DNA of 64,000 nt from Pseudomonadota bacterium (GCA_021847105.1 JAJZUT010000018.1:13526-77525); one strand, 5' to 3'. Shown: positions 50,440 to 62,157, counted from the first letter of the stretch. The notes: a model not told the origin generated them from the sequence alone. Made by a program: numbers and translations.

Positions 50440-50946
50440 ATGACCGTGCAGAAACCCCGGCACGCGGCGCTGGTATGGCTGCTGGCAGGGCTGGGGGGAT
50501 CCAACTTGGCCGTGGCGCGACCGGTGACTCAGATCGCGGTGGCAGCACCGGTGCGCAATGGGCTGCGCGCGGGACAATCGGCCGGCGCACAGACTGCGGG
50601 GGCTTGGGAGAGCGTCGGCTCGGGCCCGGGGCTGTATTCGCGAGGGCTGTGGTATGACCTCGCCCTGCGTCCGACCGGCACTCTGCCGAGCACTGCCCGC
50701 GTCACCACGGTGCACTGGAGCTGGCGTCTGTCGCGCATCCCGGCGGGATTGCAGGTCCTGCTCTGCTGGGTGAGGACTCAGCACTGCATGAACATCTCCG
50801 CACGCCAGTCCGGCGGGACCCGGGCGTTCGCCGGGCTGCGTGCACAGGGGCCTGTGATCTTCGCCTTTCGCGTCTCCGGCGCACTCGCCATGTCCCCCGT
50901 GTACGGCGCACCCGATCAAATCATCGTCAATTACGTCGTCAGATAG
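50440..50946 (+). CDS. secreted FlhE-like protein (orphan)
   Basis: Signal peptide (ALVWLLAGLGGSNLAVA). Segments GAWESVGSGPGLYSRG, PAGLQVLLCW..T.HC, SGGTRAF and the C-terminal QIIVNY parallel E. coli FlhE (GAWQDSGMG..., PAGLRVRLCS..RC, SGTTHGF, QVIVNYR) as I recall that sequence. Confidence 0.55.
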   Translation: MTVQKPRHAALVWLLAGLGGSNLAVARPVTQIAVAAPVRNGLRAGQSAGAQTAGAWESVGSGPGLYSRGLWYDLALRPTGTLPSTARVTTVHWSWRLSRIPAGLQVLLCWVRTQHCMNISARQSGGTRAFAGLRAQGPVIFAFRVSGALAMSPVYGAPDQIIVNYVVR

Positions 50947-51020
50947 CATCCGGCGCGGCAGCGCCCCGCCGCGCGCCGAGGAGGCTTGCGCCACCGAGCG
51001 CACAGCGGTCACTGTGCTCT

Positions 51021-53621
51021 TCAAGCGGTTCCGTCCGCGTCGCGCTCGAGCAGTTGCCGTAGCCGGTACAGTGTCTCGAGGGCCGCCTTCGGCGTCAGTT
51101 CATCGGGGTCGATCGCCTCGAGTGCCGTGCGGAGCGGGTCCGTCGGTGCAGCAGGGGCGGCAGCGAACAGCGGCAATTCCTGCTGCGGCTGGCGGGACGG
51201 TTCGCGCTCGTCACGCTGTGCCTCCAGGGCTTCGAGGTAGCGGCGCGCCTGCGCGATGACCTCGCGCGGCACGCCGGCCAGCTGCGCCACCTGCAGGCCG
51301 TAGCTCCGATTGGCGGGCCCTTCCTTGACGGCGTGCAGGAAGACGATGCCGTCGCCGTGCTCGGTTGCATCGAGATGCACGTTCGCGCAGCCGTCGATCT
51401 CACTGGCGAGGCGTGTCAACTCGAAGTAGTGCGTCGCGAACAGAGTAAAGGCCTGCAGGCGCGTGCCGATGTGCCGCGCAATCGCCCAGGCGAGCGATAG
51501 TCCGTCGAAGGTGCTGGTGCCGCGCCCGATCTCGTCCATCAGGATCAGGCTGCGTTCCCCGGCGTTGTTCAGGATGTTGGCCGCTTCGGTCATCTCCACC
51601 ATGAAGGTTGAGCGTCCGCCGGCCAGATCGTCGGCGGCGCCGATGCGGGTGAAGATCCGGTCGATGGGTCCGAGCCGTGCCTGTTCGGCGGGCACGTAAC
51701 TGCCGATGTGGGCCAGGATGACGATGATGGCAGTCTGGCGCATGTAGGTCGACTTGCCGCCCATGTTCGGGCCGGTAATGATCAGCATCCGCCGCCGTGC
51801 ATCCAGATTGAGATCGTTCGGGACGAATGCAGCGGTTGTGAATCGTTCGACCACCGGGTGGCGGCCGCCGCCGATGCAGATTGACGGCTGCTCGGTGAGC
51901 TGCGGTTCACTCCATTGCAGTGCACCGGCGCGCTCGGCGAGTGCGGCCAGCGCATCGAGTTCGGCGACGGCGGTTGCACTCCTCTGCAGCGGCGCGAGCT
52001 GTTCGATCAGACTGCCGAGCACCGCGTCGTACAGGTCCTTCTCCCTCGCCAGTGCGCGCTCGCGGGCGCCGAGCACTTTGTCCTCGAAGCCCTTCAGCTC
52101 GGGCGTGATGAAGCGCTCGGCGGACTTGACCGTCTGACGGCGCAGGTATTCCTGCGGGACATTCTCCGCGTCCTTGCGCGGGATTTCGATGAAGTAGCCC
52201 TGTACGCGGTTGTAGCCGAGCTTCAGACTGGCAATGCCGGTGCGCTCCCGCTCACGCCGCTCCAGATCGAGCAGGAACTCATCGGTGTGCGTGGCGATCT
52301 GCCGCAGCTCATCGAGCTCGGCGTCATAGCCCGGCGCAATGACATCGCCGTCGCGCAGGAACGTGGCTGGCTCGAGGGCAATGGCGCGGGCGAGCAGCTC
52401 CGTCACCGCGGCGTGCGTGCCGATTCGCTCGCCGATCGTGGTGACCAGGGGCGAGTCGACCAACGCAAGCGCCTCGTGCACCGAGGGCACGGCGGCGAGC
52501 GAGGCGCGCAGTTGCGTCAGATCGCGCGGGCGCGCCGAACGCAGCGCGACGCGGGCGAGGATTCGTTCGACATCGCCGATCGCGCGCAATCGCTCGCGCA
52601 GCGGCTCGAAGCGGCGAGCCTCGAGCAGTGCACCGACCGCCTGATAGCGCTGGCGCAGCGTCTGTTGGTCGGTGAGCGGTCGGTTGAGCCAGCGGCGCAA
52701 CTGCCGTGAACCCATGGCCGTGGCGCAGACGTCGAGCAGCGCGAACACCGTTGCCTCTTCGCGCCCTGTGAGGCTCTCATCGAGCTCGAGATTGCGGCGC
52801 GTCGCCGCATCGATCAGCAGCCCTTCGGCGCGCTCCTCGACGGTGAGCCCGCGGATGTGCGGCAGCGCGCTCTTTTGTGTGTCGCGAACGTACTGAAGCA
52901 GCGCGCCGGCCGCCGTGATCGCGAGCGGCAGCTCATCGACCCCGAAGCCCTTGAGGTCAAGCGTGCCCAGCTGGTCGGTGAGCAGCCGCGAAGCGCTCGC
53001 CAGCTCGAAGTGCCAGGGCGGGCGGGCGCGCAGTGCGGTATGTCGGCGCAGATCCGCCGCCGTATCCTCCGGCACCAGCAGCTCCGCGGGCTTCAGGCGC
53101 TCGAGCTCGGCCTCGAGCGCGCCGGCGCCGCTCGACTGCAGCACCGTGAAGCGGCCCGCGGCCAGATCGAGCCAGGCGAGTCCGAACTGCTCGCCGTCGC
53201 GCGCGACCGCGGCGACCAGCGTGTCATGGCGTTCATCCAATAGGGCCGCATCGGTCACGGTGCCCGGAGTGACGATCCGCACGACGTCACGTTCCACCGG
53301 GCCTTTGGACTTGGCCGGATCTCCGAGCTGCTCACAGATGGCGACGCTTTCGCCTTTGCGCACCAGTCGCGCCAAGTAGGCCTCCACACTGTGTACCGGC
53401 ACGCCGGCCATCGGGATCGGCTGGCCGGCCGAGTGGCCGCGGGAGGTGAGCGTGATGTCGAGCAGTGCGGCGGCCCGCCGGGCGTCCTCGTAGAACAGCT
53501 CGTAGAAATCGCCCATGCGGTAAAAAAGCAGCACGTCGGGGTGGCGGCTCTTGATCCGCAGGTACTGCTGCATGACCGGCGTATGGGAATTGGTTAGATC
53601 ATTCAACGTCTTGCTGTCCAT
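51021..53621 (-). CDS. mutS: DNA mismatch repair protein MutS
   Basis: ATG 53621 gives MDSKT...[31 protein letters not shown]. Walker [14 protein letters not shown]. 866 aa. The upstream 36 codons of the ORF are rejected. Confidence 0.95.
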   Translation of the reverse strand: MDSKTLNDLTNSHTPVMQQYLRIKSRHPDVLLFYRMGDFYELFYEDARRAAALLDITLTSRGHSAGQPIPMAGVPVHSVEAYLARLVRKGESVAICEQLGDPAKSKGPVERDVVRIVTPGTVTDAALLDERHDTLVAAVARDGEQFGLAWLDLAAGRFTVLQSSGAGALEAELERLKPAELLVPEDTAADLRRHTALRARPPWHFELASASRLLTDQLGTLDLKGFGVDELPLAITAAGALLQYVRDTQKSALPHIRGLTVEERAEGLLIDAATRRNLELDESLTGREEATVFALLDVCATAMGSRQLRRWLNRPLTDQQTLRQRYQAVGALLEARRFEPLRERLRAIGDVERILARVALRSARPRDLTQLRASLAAVPSVHEALALVDSPLVTTIGERIGTHAAVTELLARAIALEPATFLRDGDVIAPGYDAELDELRQIATHTDEFLLDLERRERERTGIASLKLGYNRVQGYFIEIPRKDAENVPQEYLRRQTVKSAERFITPELKGFEDKVLGARERALAREKDLYDAVLGSLIEQLAPLQRSATAVAELDALAALAERAGALQWSEPQLTEQPSICIGGGRHPVVERFTTAAFVPNDLNLDARRRMLIITGPNMGGKSTYMRQTAIIVILAHIGSYVPAEQARLGPIDRIFTRIGAADDLAGGRSTFMVEMTEAANILNNAGERSLILMDEIGRGTSTFDGLSLAWAIARHIGTRLQAFTLFATHYFELTRLASEIDGCANVHLDATEHGDGIVFLHAVKEGPANRSYGLQVAQLAGVPREVIAQARRYLEALEAQRDEREPSRQPQQELPLFAAAPAAPTDPLRTALEAIDPDELTPKAALETLYRLRQLLERDADGTA

Positions 53622-54309
53622 CTCTGGGCTGCGCGCAGCGCAGATTAGCCCGTCGTTTGCGCTGCTGCGAGAGCCGGAGGGCGAAGTGCCTGCGCGGGCG
53701 CCGCCGAGACTCCGGTGGTTCTCCCGCAAGGAGGATGTGGCGCGGGTCGGCTCGAGCGCGTCATCGTCGGCATTGGTTGTTGCGAAATGATGCAGAACTT
53801 GTCGAGCTTACACGAGGCTGCGGGTGTTCAGCAGCACGCTGCATCCCTCTAAAGCCCTGTCCCAGCGCACCTCGCGAGCGTGAGAGCCTCATGGTGGGGG
53901 GGGCGATCGGTGTCGCGAATGTTGGCAGCACGACAAGAGGCCATTGCATTCGACCGCAACGCGGTCCCGGGCGAGACCCGGCAGTCGAGGGTTGGGCCGA
54001 GTGAGACCTCCGGCAATTGTTGCCTGAGGCGCGCCCCGTGGACAGAGTGCGACACGGCCGCGGAGCACGGTGAATTCAAGCGGGCCGGGTTTGCTCGCGC
54101 AGGCGAGCCAAGTGCCGCACGGGGCATCGGCCTGCCGAGGCGGCGGGCAGCCGGGGGGATCAACCTCGAGCGGAGCAAATCTGCGCCTAACATCGTGTCT
54201 CCGCGAATGTTCCTCCCGTCGGGGAAACGCTCCGTCGAACTGCGCTCCAAATGTCCCACGGCGGTTGCTTGATCGGCACGCGTTGGGAGCGGGGGTGCGC
54301 GGCGAGGCT

Positions 54310-55581
54310 TCAGTCAGCGACGGAATCGAGGCGGCTCGCAGCCGGTGTGAGCCGGACGGTCTCGCGCTTGAACAAAAAAAGTGCCCCGAGCAGCAGGGTC
54401 ATCGGCAGCAGCGAGAAGTAGAACGCGTGGATCCCTCCGAAGCGTGCGAACACGATGGCCGTGATGCGTGAGCCCAGCGTGCCGCCGAGGGCCGAGAAGA
54501 CCAATATGAGGCCGGTCATCGAGGCGTGGGCGGGTTTGGGCAGCGCGCTCAGCGCAACGGAATTGATCACCGGGTAGATCGGGGCCATCAGCAGGCCGAT
54601 GAGCGGAATCAGGTAGGCGGCCAGCGGCGCGTGCGTCCAGCCGAAGTGTCCGCTGCTCACCCCGCGGGCGAGGGGCAAGGTCACGATCATGAGGATTCCC
54701 ATGCCCAGCACGCACACGTTGAGCAGTGCAAACCAGGCGACCCGTTTCAGCAGCTGACCGGCAATGACGCGACCAATCGCGATGGAGGCGGCGAGCATGC
54801 TGGCCATCTGCACGCTCACGGCGTCTGGCAGTTTCAGCACCTCGTAGTTGAAGGTCGGCAGCCAGGTGCCGAAGCTCTGTTCAATCAGCACGTAAAAGAA
54901 CGTCGAGGCGAGGAAGACGAACACCATCGGGCGCAGCGCCGAGCCGCCGATCTGCGCCAGCGAGTCGCGCGCCGGCTTGCCCTTGCCGCGAGCCGCTGTC
55001 TCATCCAGACGTGATGCGCCGAGCAGCGTCATCGCCAAGATGCATGCTCCGGCTAGCACCCAGTACACGCGCAGCCAGGCGGCGTGCGCAGTCGGGCCGG
55101 AGCGGATGAAGGCGCTGAACAGCCACCCGGAGATCACCACGCCCACCATGAACAGCCCCTCGATGATATTGGTCAGGCGCGTGTGCTCGCTCTGGGTGCC
55201 GGTGAGCAGCCCGATCGCGCCATAGACCGAGACCTTGGTGAGCGCGAAGGAGATGCCGACACAGACAAACAGCAGTGCGGTGGTGTGAAAGCCGGGGAAC
55301 AGCGGCATCAGCACGCAGGCAATCGCCACGATTCCGAGCGCGAGCACAATGGCGCGGCGGTAGCCGAAGACCGGCAGAAACGAGGCGACCGCAAACGAGG
55401 TGATCACGATCGGCAGGTCCTTGAACAGCTCGAGCAGGCTGGCCTCGGGCTTGCCGACCCCGAAGCTGTGGATGGACTGCAGGATCACCGTGCCCACGCT
55501 GTTCAACAGGATCGCGAAGATCATGAAGCTCAGCGCCAGCGCGCTGATCATCCGGTAGCGGTTCGCCAGGTGGGGCATCAC
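54310..55581 (-). CDS. MFS transporter (FucP/GluP-like sugar permease)
   Basis: 423 aa with ~12 TM segments. Divergent from a LacI-family regulator. Substrate not determinable from the sequence. Confidence 0.85.
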   Translation of the reverse strand: MMPHLANRYRMISALALSFMIFAILLNSVGTVILQSIHSFGVGKPEASLLELFKDLPIVITSFAVASFLPVFGYRRAIVLALGIVAIACVLMPLFPGFHTTALLFVCVGISFALTKVSVYGAIGLLTGTQSEHTRLTNIIEGLFMVGVVISGWLFSAFIRSGPTAHAAWLRVYWVLAGACILAMTLLGASRLDETAARGKGKPARDSLAQIGGSALRPMVFVFLASTFFYVLIEQSFGTWLPTFNYEVLKLPDAVSVQMASMLAASIAIGRVIAGQLLKRVAWFALLNVCVLGMGILMIVTLPLARGVSSGHFGWTHAPLAAYLIPLIGLLMAPIYPVINSVALSALPKPAHASMTGLILVFSALGGTLGSRITAIVFARFGGIHAFYFSLLPMTLLLGALFLFKRETVRLTPAASRLDSVAD

Positions 55582-55647
55582 GGTCGGTCTTTACGTGCAG
55601 GGTACGCCCGTGGATCATATCGGCATCTCCAGCGAAGCGGACCTGCG

Positions 55648-56658
55648 GTGGCGGATCGGAAGAAGCAAGCTCCTGACGTTCCGGCCAGCCTCACCATGGC
55701 GGATCTGGCCGGCCTGGCGGGGGTATCCACGATCACGGTGTCCCGAGCGCTCGCCGGCAGTTCCCTGGTGAGTCCGGCCACGCGTGAGCGCGTGCAGCAG
55801 CTGGCGCGCAAGCATGGCTACAAGCTCAACGTGAGCGCGCGCAACTTGCGCCTGCGGCGCAGCCATGCCGTGGCGGTGATCGTGGAGATGACCCCGACCC
55901 CCGAGCGGACGATGTGGGATCCCTATCCGCTGGCGTTGCTCGGGGGGATTTCCCAGGAGTTGACCTCCGCCGGGTACAACGTTCTGCTGACCACCCGCCA
56001 GTCGGGCGGCGACGTAGCGGTGCAGGCCGCCGACGGGCTGATCCTGCTCGGCCAGGGCCCGCATCAGGACGCCGTGCACGCCTATGACAAGCTCGGCCTG
56101 CCCATGGTGGTCTGGGGTGCAGCAGGGGTGGGGGGCGATGAGCACGTAGTCGTCGGCAGCGACAACCGTCATGGGGGCATGAGTGTCGCGGAGCGGTTCG
56201 TCTCGATCGGCCGCCGCCATCCGGTGTTCATTGGTAATCCCGATCACCCGGAGATGGCGCAGCGGCTGACGGGCTTTGTCGATGAGCTGGGACGCCACGG
56301 TATCAAGCCGTTGCTGATGCGCCGTGCAGACTTCACTCTGGAGGGCGGCGTGCAGGCGGTTCGTTCGCTGCACAATCGGCGCGTGCAGTTCGATGCCATC
56401 TTCGCCGGTTCGGACCTGGTGGCCATGGGTGCGATCCGGGCGTTGATCGAGCTCGGCCAGCGGGTGCCGGAGGACGTGTCCGTCATCGGCTACGACGATA
56501 CCCCCCAGGGGGCGACTTTCCTGCCGCCACTCTCGACGGTGCGACAGAACTGGCAGGAGGGCGGCGTGCTGCTGGCGCGCAAGGTGCTCGGCCTGATCCG
56601 GGGTGAGCCCGTCGACTCACAGATGCTGCCCACCGCCCTCATCCTGCGCGCAACCTGA
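55648..56658 (+). CDS. LacI family transcriptional regulator
   Basis: HTH LTMADLAGLAGVSTITVSRAL...NVSARNLR, followed by a periplasmic-binding-protein-like sugar-binding fold. GTG 55648 (alternative ATG 55696). The first ~188 codons of ORF 55084..56658 are antisense to the MFS gene and rejected. Confidence 0.85.
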   Translation: MADRKKQAPDVPASLTMADLAGLAGVSTITVSRALAGSSLVSPATRERVQQLARKHGYKLNVSARNLRLRRSHAVAVIVEMTPTPERTMWDPYPLALLGGISQELTSAGYNVLLTTRQSGGDVAVQAADGLILLGQGPHQDAVHAYDKLGLPMVVWGAAGVGGDEHVVVGSDNRHGGMSVAERFVSIGRRHPVFIGNPDHPEMAQRLTGFVDELGRHGIKPLLMRRADFTLEGGVQAVRSLHNRRVQFDAIFAGSDLVAMGAIRALIELGQRVPEDVSVIGYDDTPQGATFLPPLSTVRQNWQEGGVLLARKVLGLIRGEPVDSQMLPTALILRAT

Positions 56659-56764
56659 GCGGCATCGCGCAAGCGAGCCGAAAGCCCTGGGCGAGCCCCT
56701 GAAGGGTCTGCCGAGGCTGCCCGAGCCCCACGGTACGCCCGCCTGATCGGGTTAAACTGGGCGT

Positions 56765-57307
56765 ATGCCTGCCTCAAGCGTCACGGATGCCGACCTGTAT
56801 CAGCTGGCCGAGCGGACCGGACGGGCGCTGCTGGGTGCCGGCTGGCGGATCGCGACGGCCGAATCCTGCACCGCCGGCTGGATCGCCAAGGCGCTGACCG
56901 ACGTGCCCGGCAGCTCGCAGTGGGTCGAGTGTGGCTACGTGACCTATTCGAATGGGGCGAAGGTGCGGGACGTGGGTGTGTCCGAGCGGACTCTGCGGGA
57001 GCACGGCGCGGTCAGTGAGGCGACGGTCCGGGAGATGGCGCAGGGGGCACTTCGCGCCTCGCTGAGCGAACTGTCGGTGGCGGTCAGCGGCATCGCCGGA
57101 CCGGACGGCGGGACGGCTGCAAAGCCGGTGGGCACCGTCTGGTTCGCGGTAGCCGCACGAGCGTGGCTTCAGCCGCGCTGTGAGATGCAGCATTTCGAGG
57201 GCGATCGCGACGCCGTGCGCCGCCAGACGGTCGCACACGCCCTGCAGCTGGTGCTTGCCGCAATCGCAGCGCCGGCCCCTGCCGAAGGGGGCGCGAGCGA
57301 ACCATGA
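56765..57307 (+). CDS. pncC: nicotinamide-nucleotide amidohydrolase PncC (CinA C-terminal domain)
   Basis: IATAESCTAGWIAKALTDVPGSS...YSN..K and SGIAGPDGG motifs. Upstream of recA as in pseudomonads. Confidence 0.85.
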   Translation: MPASSVTDADLYQLAERTGRALLGAGWRIATAESCTAGWIAKALTDVPGSSQWVECGYVTYSNGAKVRDVGVSERTLREHGAVSEATVREMAQGALRASLSELSVAVSGIAGPDGGTAAKPVGTVWFAVAARAWLQPRCEMQHFEGDRDAVRRQTVAHALQLVLAAIAAPAPAEGGASEP

Positions 57308-57326
57308 CGCGGCCTGCGCGTGCGGC

Positions 57327-57926
57327 ATGAGTGTGCCGCAGCCCGAAATGCCGGCGCGGCCTGTGCGCGAGGTGCGCCGACTGTTCTTTGCCCTCTGGCC
57401 CGACCGTCCCGCGCGAGAGCGACTCGAGCACACTGTGCGGGGCGCCGTGCGCGCAACTGGCGGCCGCGCCGTGCCGAGCGACCAGCTGCACATGACGCTC
57501 GCCTTTCTCGGCGCGGTTCCCGCCGCGCGGATGGCGGAGCTCGCACTCCTGGCGGCGGCGCGGCTGAGTGCAGCGGACCAGGCGCTCGGACCGATCGATT
57601 TGACGCTCGAGCGTCTGGTGCATTGGGCGGGGCCGCGGGTGCTGTGCGCCGTGCCCGCACGGGCGCCCGCTGCGCTCGAAACGCTGGTCGGACGACTGCT
57701 CGAGGCGCTGGCGGCTGCCGATTTTGCTCCGGATCTCAAGCCCTTCCGTCCACATGTCACCGTGGCACGCAAAGTGTTGCGGCCCACCCGGTCTGCCGCA
57801 ATGCGCGCAGTGCACTGGCGATTCGAGGAGTTCGCGCTGATCGAGAGCCGCACCCTCGAGTCCGGACCGGTATACAGTGTTGTCGGAACGTACCCACTGT
57901 GCGACGGGGCGCAGGCGAGAAAATAA
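57327..57926 (+). CDS. thpR: RNA 2',3'-cyclic phosphodiesterase ThpR (LigT, 2H phosphoesterase)
   Basis: RLFFAL start region and two HxT/S motifs (HMTLAF, HVTVAR). ATG 57327 within ORF 57180..57926. Confidence 0.8.
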   Translation: MSVPQPEMPARPVREVRRLFFALWPDRPARERLEHTVRGAVRATGGRAVPSDQLHMTLAFLGAVPAARMAELALLAAARLSAADQALGPIDLTLERLVHWAGPRVLCAVPARAPAALETLVGRLLEALAAADFAPDLKPFRPHVTVARKVLRPTRSAAMRAVHWRFEEFALIESRTLESGPVYSVVGTYPLCDGAQARK

Positions 57927-58017
57927 CATCTCGCGCATGCATGCGGAGCTGATGTCGACGGCGCCTTTGTGGGATAATTCCGCGACGTTTTGTTTTCACC
58001 ACTTCCGGGACAGCCAG

Positions 58018-59049
58018 ATGGAAGAGAATCGCAAGAAGGCGCTCGCCGCCGCTTTGGGTCAGATCGAGAAGCAGTTCGGCAAAGGCTCGGTGATGCGCCT
58101 TGGGGATGCTACCGCGGCCTACGATGTTGAGGCGGTATCGACCGGCTCGTTGGGGCTGGATATCGCGCTCGGCGTGGGCGGACTGCCGCGCGGCCGCGTG
58201 GTGGAGATCTACGGACCGGAGTCCTCGGGTAAAACGACACTGACGCTGCAGGTGATCGCCGAAGTGCAGCGCAACGGCGGCACGGCGGCATTCGTCGACG
58301 CCGAGCACGCGCTCGATCCGGCCTATGCCGAGAAGCTCGGCGTGAACATCGCAGACCTGCTGGTCTCGCAGCCCGACACCGGCGAGCAGGCGCTCGAGAT
58401 CACCGACATGTTGGTGCGTTCCAACGCGGTCGACATCGTCGTGGTCGACTCGGTGGCGGCGCTGACCCCCAAGGCTGAAATCGAAGGTGAGATGGGCGAG
58501 ATGCAGGTGGGCCTGCAGGCACGACTGATGTCACAGGCGCTGCGCAAGCTGACCGGCAACATCAAGCGGTCCAATACCATCGTGATCTTCATCAACCAGA
58601 TTCGCATGAAGATCGGCGTCATGTTCGGTAGCCCCGAGACCACCACGGGCGGCAATGCGCTGAAGTTCTACGCCTCGGTACGACTGGATATCCGCCGCAT
58701 CGGTGCAATCAAGAACGGCGATGAAGTGGTCGGCAACATGACCCGCGTCAAAGTGGTCAAGAACAAGGTTGCGCCGCCGTTTCGCGAGGCCGAGTTCGAA
58801 ATCATGTACGGACAGGGCATCTCTCGCGAGGGCGAGATCATTGACCTGGCCAGCGCGCAGGAAATCATCGAGAAGTCCGGCGCCTGGTATTCCTACAAAG
58901 GCAACCGGATCGGCCAGGGCAAGGACAATGCCCGCCAGTTCCTGCAGAACAATCCGGAGGTGGCGCGGGAGATCGAAGCGGAAGTGCGTGCCCGGTTGCT
59001 GCCGGCGCGTCCGCCGCGCAGCACCGGCGGTGAAGCGGCCACGGCCTGA
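58018..59049 (+). CDS. recA: recombinase RecA
   Basis: [30 protein letters not shown] start, Walker [22 protein letters not shown]. 343 aa. Confidence 0.97.
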   Translation: MEENRKKALAAALGQIEKQFGKGSVMRLGDATAAYDVEAVSTGSLGLDIALGVGGLPRGRVVEIYGPESSGKTTLTLQVIAEVQRNGGTAAFVDAEHALDPAYAEKLGVNIADLLVSQPDTGEQALEITDMLVRSNAVDIVVVDSVAALTPKAEIEGEMGEMQVGLQARLMSQALRKLTGNIKRSNTIVIFINQIRMKIGVMFGSPETTTGGNALKFYASVRLDIRRIGAIKNGDEVVGNMTRVKVVKNKVAPPFREAEFEIMYGQGISREGEIIDLASAQEIIEKSGAWYSYKGNRIGQGKDNARQFLQNNPEVAREIEAEVRARLLPARPPRSTGGEAATA

Positions 59050-59506
59050 GGCGCCCGGCGACCCGGGCCGCGTCCGGGCTGCTGCCCTGGGGCTGCTGGC
59101 GCGCCGCGACCACTTCAGCGTCGAACTCGGCCGCAAGCTGATCGAGCGCGGGTTCGATCCGGCAGTGACGGCTGAGACGCTTGCGGCGCTTGCGGCCGAG
59201 CGGTTGCTCGATGATGCGCGCTGCCTGGAGCGCTTTGTGGCCTACCGCGCCGAGCGGGGTCAGGGGCCGGTGCGCATCGCCCTCGATCTGAAGACCCAGG
59301 GTGCCCCCGCCGAGCTGATTGCCCCGGCGCTCGAGGCGGGCGCCGATTGGCCTGCCCGGGCGCGCGAAGTACGCCGCCGCAAGTTCGGTGCGGCCGCTCC
59401 GGCAAACTGGACCGAGAAGGCGAGGCAAGCGCGTTTTTTGCAGTACCGGGGCTTTTCATCGGATGATATCCGCGCGGCCATTGGCGCCGAGCTCGAACTG
59501 GACTGA
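59030..59506 (+). CDS. recX: recombination regulator RecX
   Basis: Helical-repeat protein ([19 protein letters not shown]..., [13 protein letters not shown]) immediately after recA. Only a GTG at 59030 is available in frame, overlapping the recA end by 20 nt. Confidence 0.8.
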   Translation: MKRPRPEAPGDPGRVRAAALGLLARRDHFSVELGRKLIERGFDPAVTAETLAALAAERLLDDARCLERFVAYRAERGQGPVRIALDLKTQGAPAELIAPALEAGADWPARAREVRRRKFGAAAPANWTEKARQARFLQYRGFSSDDIRAAIGAELELD

Positions 59507-59511
59507 CGAAC

Positions 59512-62157
59512 TTGACCCGATCTCACTCTCTGGGCGCCGCCGACGTGCGCCGCGCCTTCCTCGAATTCTTCCGCGAACGCGGCCATACCGTCGTGCCGTC
59601 GAGCCCGCTTGTGCCGGGCAACGACCCGACGTTGCTGTTCACCAACGCCGGCATGGTGCAGTTCAAGGATGTGTTTCTCGGCAAAGAGAAGCGCGATTAC
59701 GTGCGCGCCGTGAGCAGCCAGCGATGCGTGCGCGCGGGCGGCAAGCACAATGACCTCGAGAACGTCGGCTATACGGCCCGGCACCACACGTTCTTCGAGA
59801 TGCTCGGAAATTTCTCCTTTGGCGATTATTTCAAGCGGGAAGCCATCGGCTTTGCCTGGGCATTCCTCACCGGCACGCTCAAGCTCGATCCGGCGCGCCT
59901 CTGGGTCACCGTATTTCGGGACGACGACGAGGCGGCGGACATCTGGCTGAAGGAAATCGGCGTCTCCCCGGAGCGGTTCTCGCGCATGGGCGAGAAGTCG
60001 AACTTCTGGGCCATGGGCGACACCGGCCCGTGCGGGCCGTGCAGCGAGATCTTCTACGACCATGGCCCGCAAATCCCCGGCGGGCCGCCCGGATCTGCCG
60101 ATGAGGACGGCGATCGATTCGTCGAGATCTGGAATCTGGTGTTCATGCAGTTCGAGCGCGCTGCCGACGGCGCGCTCACCCGGCTGCCGAAGCCCTCGGT
60201 GGATACCGGCATGGGTCTGGAGCGCATCTCCGCGGTCCTGCAGGGCGTGCATTCGAATTACGATATCGATCTGTTCCGCAATCTGATTGCGGCCGCCGCC
60301 GCCCTCGCCGGCACGACGGATCTCACTTCCAGTTCCCTGCGCGTGATCGCCGATCACATTCGTGCCTGCACTTTTCTGGTCGTGGACGGCGTGCTGCCGT
60401 CCAACGAGGGGCGCGGCTACGTGCTGCGCCGCATCATCCGCCGCGCGGTGCGTCACGGTTACAAGCTGGGGATCAGTGAGCCCTTCTTCTACAAGCTGGT
60501 GGCCGTTCTCGAGCGCGAGATGAGCGGGGCCTATCCGGAACTCACCCGCAGCCGCGCACAGGTCGAGCGCGTTCTGCAGCAGGAAGAGGAGCGCTTCGCT
60601 GAGACCCTCGCCAAGGGTATGTCCCTGCTCGATGCGGTGATTGAGGATCTGCCGCCGATCGGGAGGGAGGCCGGAACGCAGGCCGTGATCCCCGGGGAAG
60701 TCGTGTTCAAGCTCTACGACACCTATGGATTCCCTGCGGACCTCACAGCAGACATTGCCAGGGAGCGCGGCATGGGGATCGATCAGGCGGGCTTCGATGC
60801 CGCGATGGAGGCGCAACGGCGCCGCTCCCAGGAAGCCAGCAAGTTCGGGGTCGACATGCGCGGTGGCGCGGCGATCGAGGCGCGCTCGGCATTCGAGGGT
60901 TACACCCAGACCGAAGCCGAAGGACGTGTCGTGGCCTTGCGCAAGGACGGCATCGAGAGTGAGCTGATCCTCGCCGGCGAGCGTGCCGAGGTGGTCCTCG
61001 ATCGCACGCCGTTCTACGCCGAGTCCGGTGGCCAGGTCGGTGACACCGGCTGCCTTGTCTCATCGGGAGTACGCTTCGAGGTCGTCGACACGGTCAAGTC
61101 CGGTGTGGCCTATGTGCACATCGGGCGTCTCGCCGAAGGGCAGATCCGCGTCGGCGACATGCTCCGTGCGACGGTAGACGCTGAGCGCAGGAGCTCGATT
61201 GCACGCAATCACACGGCAACTCACCTGCTGCACGCAGCGCTGCGCAAGACGCTCGGCACTCACGTTCAACAGAAGGGCTCACTCGTCGCGCCCGACCGGC
61301 TGCGGTTCGATTTTTCGCACCTCCAACCCGTGACCGGTGACGAGCTGACGGCGATCGAGCGACTCGTCAATGCTCAGATCCGTGCGAATGCGCCGGCCGA
61401 GACGCGCGTGATGGAGTACGAAAGCGCGGTGGCGGCGGGCGCCATGGCGCTGTTCGGTGAGAAATACGAGCGGGACGTGCGGGTGCTGCGGGTCGGAGAG
61501 TTCTCGATGGAGCTCTGTGGTGGCACCCATGTGCAGCGCGCCGGTGACATTGGTCTGTTCAAAATTGTCAGTGAGAGCGGAGTCGCCTCCGGAGTGCGGC
61601 GCATTGAGGCGGTGACCGGCGAGAGCGCGGTGGAGTTTGTCGAGCAAAATGATGCGCTGCTGAAGGAAGTGGCGCAGCTCGTGCGCAGCTCGCGCGAAGA
61701 TGTGAAGGACAAAGTGCGCGAGGCGCTCGAGCGCGTTCGGCAGATGGAGCGGGAGATCCGTGCGCTCAAGGACCGGCTTGCATCCGGTCAGGGCAACGAC
61801 CTGGCTGCGGACGCGCAAGAGATCAACGGTGTGAAGGTCCTCGCCACCCGGGTCGCCGATGCCGATGCTGCTGCGCTGCGCAGCGCGGTGGACCGGCTGA
61901 AGGAGCGGCTCAAATCTGCGGTGATCGTGCTGGCCTCCGTGCAGGGCGCGGACAAGGTGGTCCTGGTCGCTGGGGTAACCGCGGATCAGACCGGCCGGGT
62001 CAAGGCGGGCGAACTGGTTGGGGCGGTTGCGGGCCGTATCGGAGGGCGGGGCGGCGGGCGAGCGGATTTTGCTCAGGCGGGTGGGAATGACCCTGCTGCG
62101 CTTCAGGCTGCGCTTGCGGCAGTGCCAGATTGGGTGCGCGAGCGCCTCTCAGGCTGA
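59512..62157 (+). CDS. alaS: alanine--tRNA ligase
   Basis: [41 protein letters not shown], editing-domain HTATHLLH and C-terminal DHHA1 region. 881 aa. Apparent TTG start. Confidence 0.96.
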   Translation: MTRSHSLGAADVRRAFLEFFRERGHTVVPSSPLVPGNDPTLLFTNAGMVQFKDVFLGKEKRDYVRAVSSQRCVRAGGKHNDLENVGYTARHHTFFEMLGNFSFGDYFKREAIGFAWAFLTGTLKLDPARLWVTVFRDDDEAADIWLKEIGVSPERFSRMGEKSNFWAMGDTGPCGPCSEIFYDHGPQIPGGPPGSADEDGDRFVEIWNLVFMQFERAADGALTRLPKPSVDTGMGLERISAVLQGVHSNYDIDLFRNLIAAAAALAGTTDLTSSSLRVIADHIRACTFLVVDGVLPSNEGRGYVLRRIIRRAVRHGYKLGISEPFFYKLVAVLEREMSGAYPELTRSRAQVERVLQQEEERFAETLAKGMSLLDAVIEDLPPIGREAGTQAVIPGEVVFKLYDTYGFPADLTADIARERGMGIDQAGFDAAMEAQRRRSQEASKFGVDMRGGAAIEARSAFEGYTQTEAEGRVVALRKDGIESELILAGERAEVVLDRTPFYAESGGQVGDTGCLVSSGVRFEVVDTVKSGVAYVHIGRLAEGQIRVGDMLRATVDAERRSSIARNHTATHLLHAALRKTLGTHVQQKGSLVAPDRLRFDFSHLQPVTGDELTAIERLVNAQIRANAPAETRVMEYESAVAAGAMALFGEKYERDVRVLRVGEFSMELCGGTHVQRAGDIGLFKIVSESGVASGVRRIEAVTGESAVEFVEQNDALLKEVAQLVRSSREDVKDKVREALERVRQMEREIRALKDRLASGQGNDLAADAQEINGVKVLATRVADADAAALRSAVDRLKERLKSAVIVLASVQGADKVVLVAGVTADQTGRVKAGELVGAVAGRIGGRGGGRADFAQAGGNDPAALQAALAAVPDWVRERLSG

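Noticed and set aside
53622-54309. Csr/Rsm-type GGA-rich sRNA (csrA is in the window), cobalamin-type riboswitch, RNase P/tmRNA/SRP RNA in the long mutS-upstream gap
   Set aside because: By eye, GGA/ANGGA motifs occur at about the frequency this composition predicts. None of the conserved cores (GAGGAAAGUCCGG, the B12 box, the tmRNA acceptor end) were seen on either strand.
55084-55647. N-terminal ~190-codon extension of the LacI-family ORF
   Set aside because: It is antisense to the MFS transporter gene and highly Arg/Asp/His-rich. The HTH begins right after the GTG 55648 / ATG 55696 starts.
57927-58017. Search for a LexA/SOS box upstream of recA (and upstream of pncC at 56659-56764); noted the 12-nt palindrome CGCATGCATGCG at 57934-57945
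   Set aside because: No CTGT-N8-ACAG or TTAG-N6-TACTA type box is present. The palindrome matches no LexA consensus I know and lies at the thpR stop. I cannot support a regulatory call.
59260-60816. 518-aa minus-strand ORF antisense to recX/alaS
   Set aside because: It is antisense to the AlaRS catalytic domain and has no motifs, so it is a GC artefact. The same reasoning applies to 4688-5998, 6367-7557, 7536-8972, 18648-19739, 26934-27932, 33829-35496 and 35636-36556.
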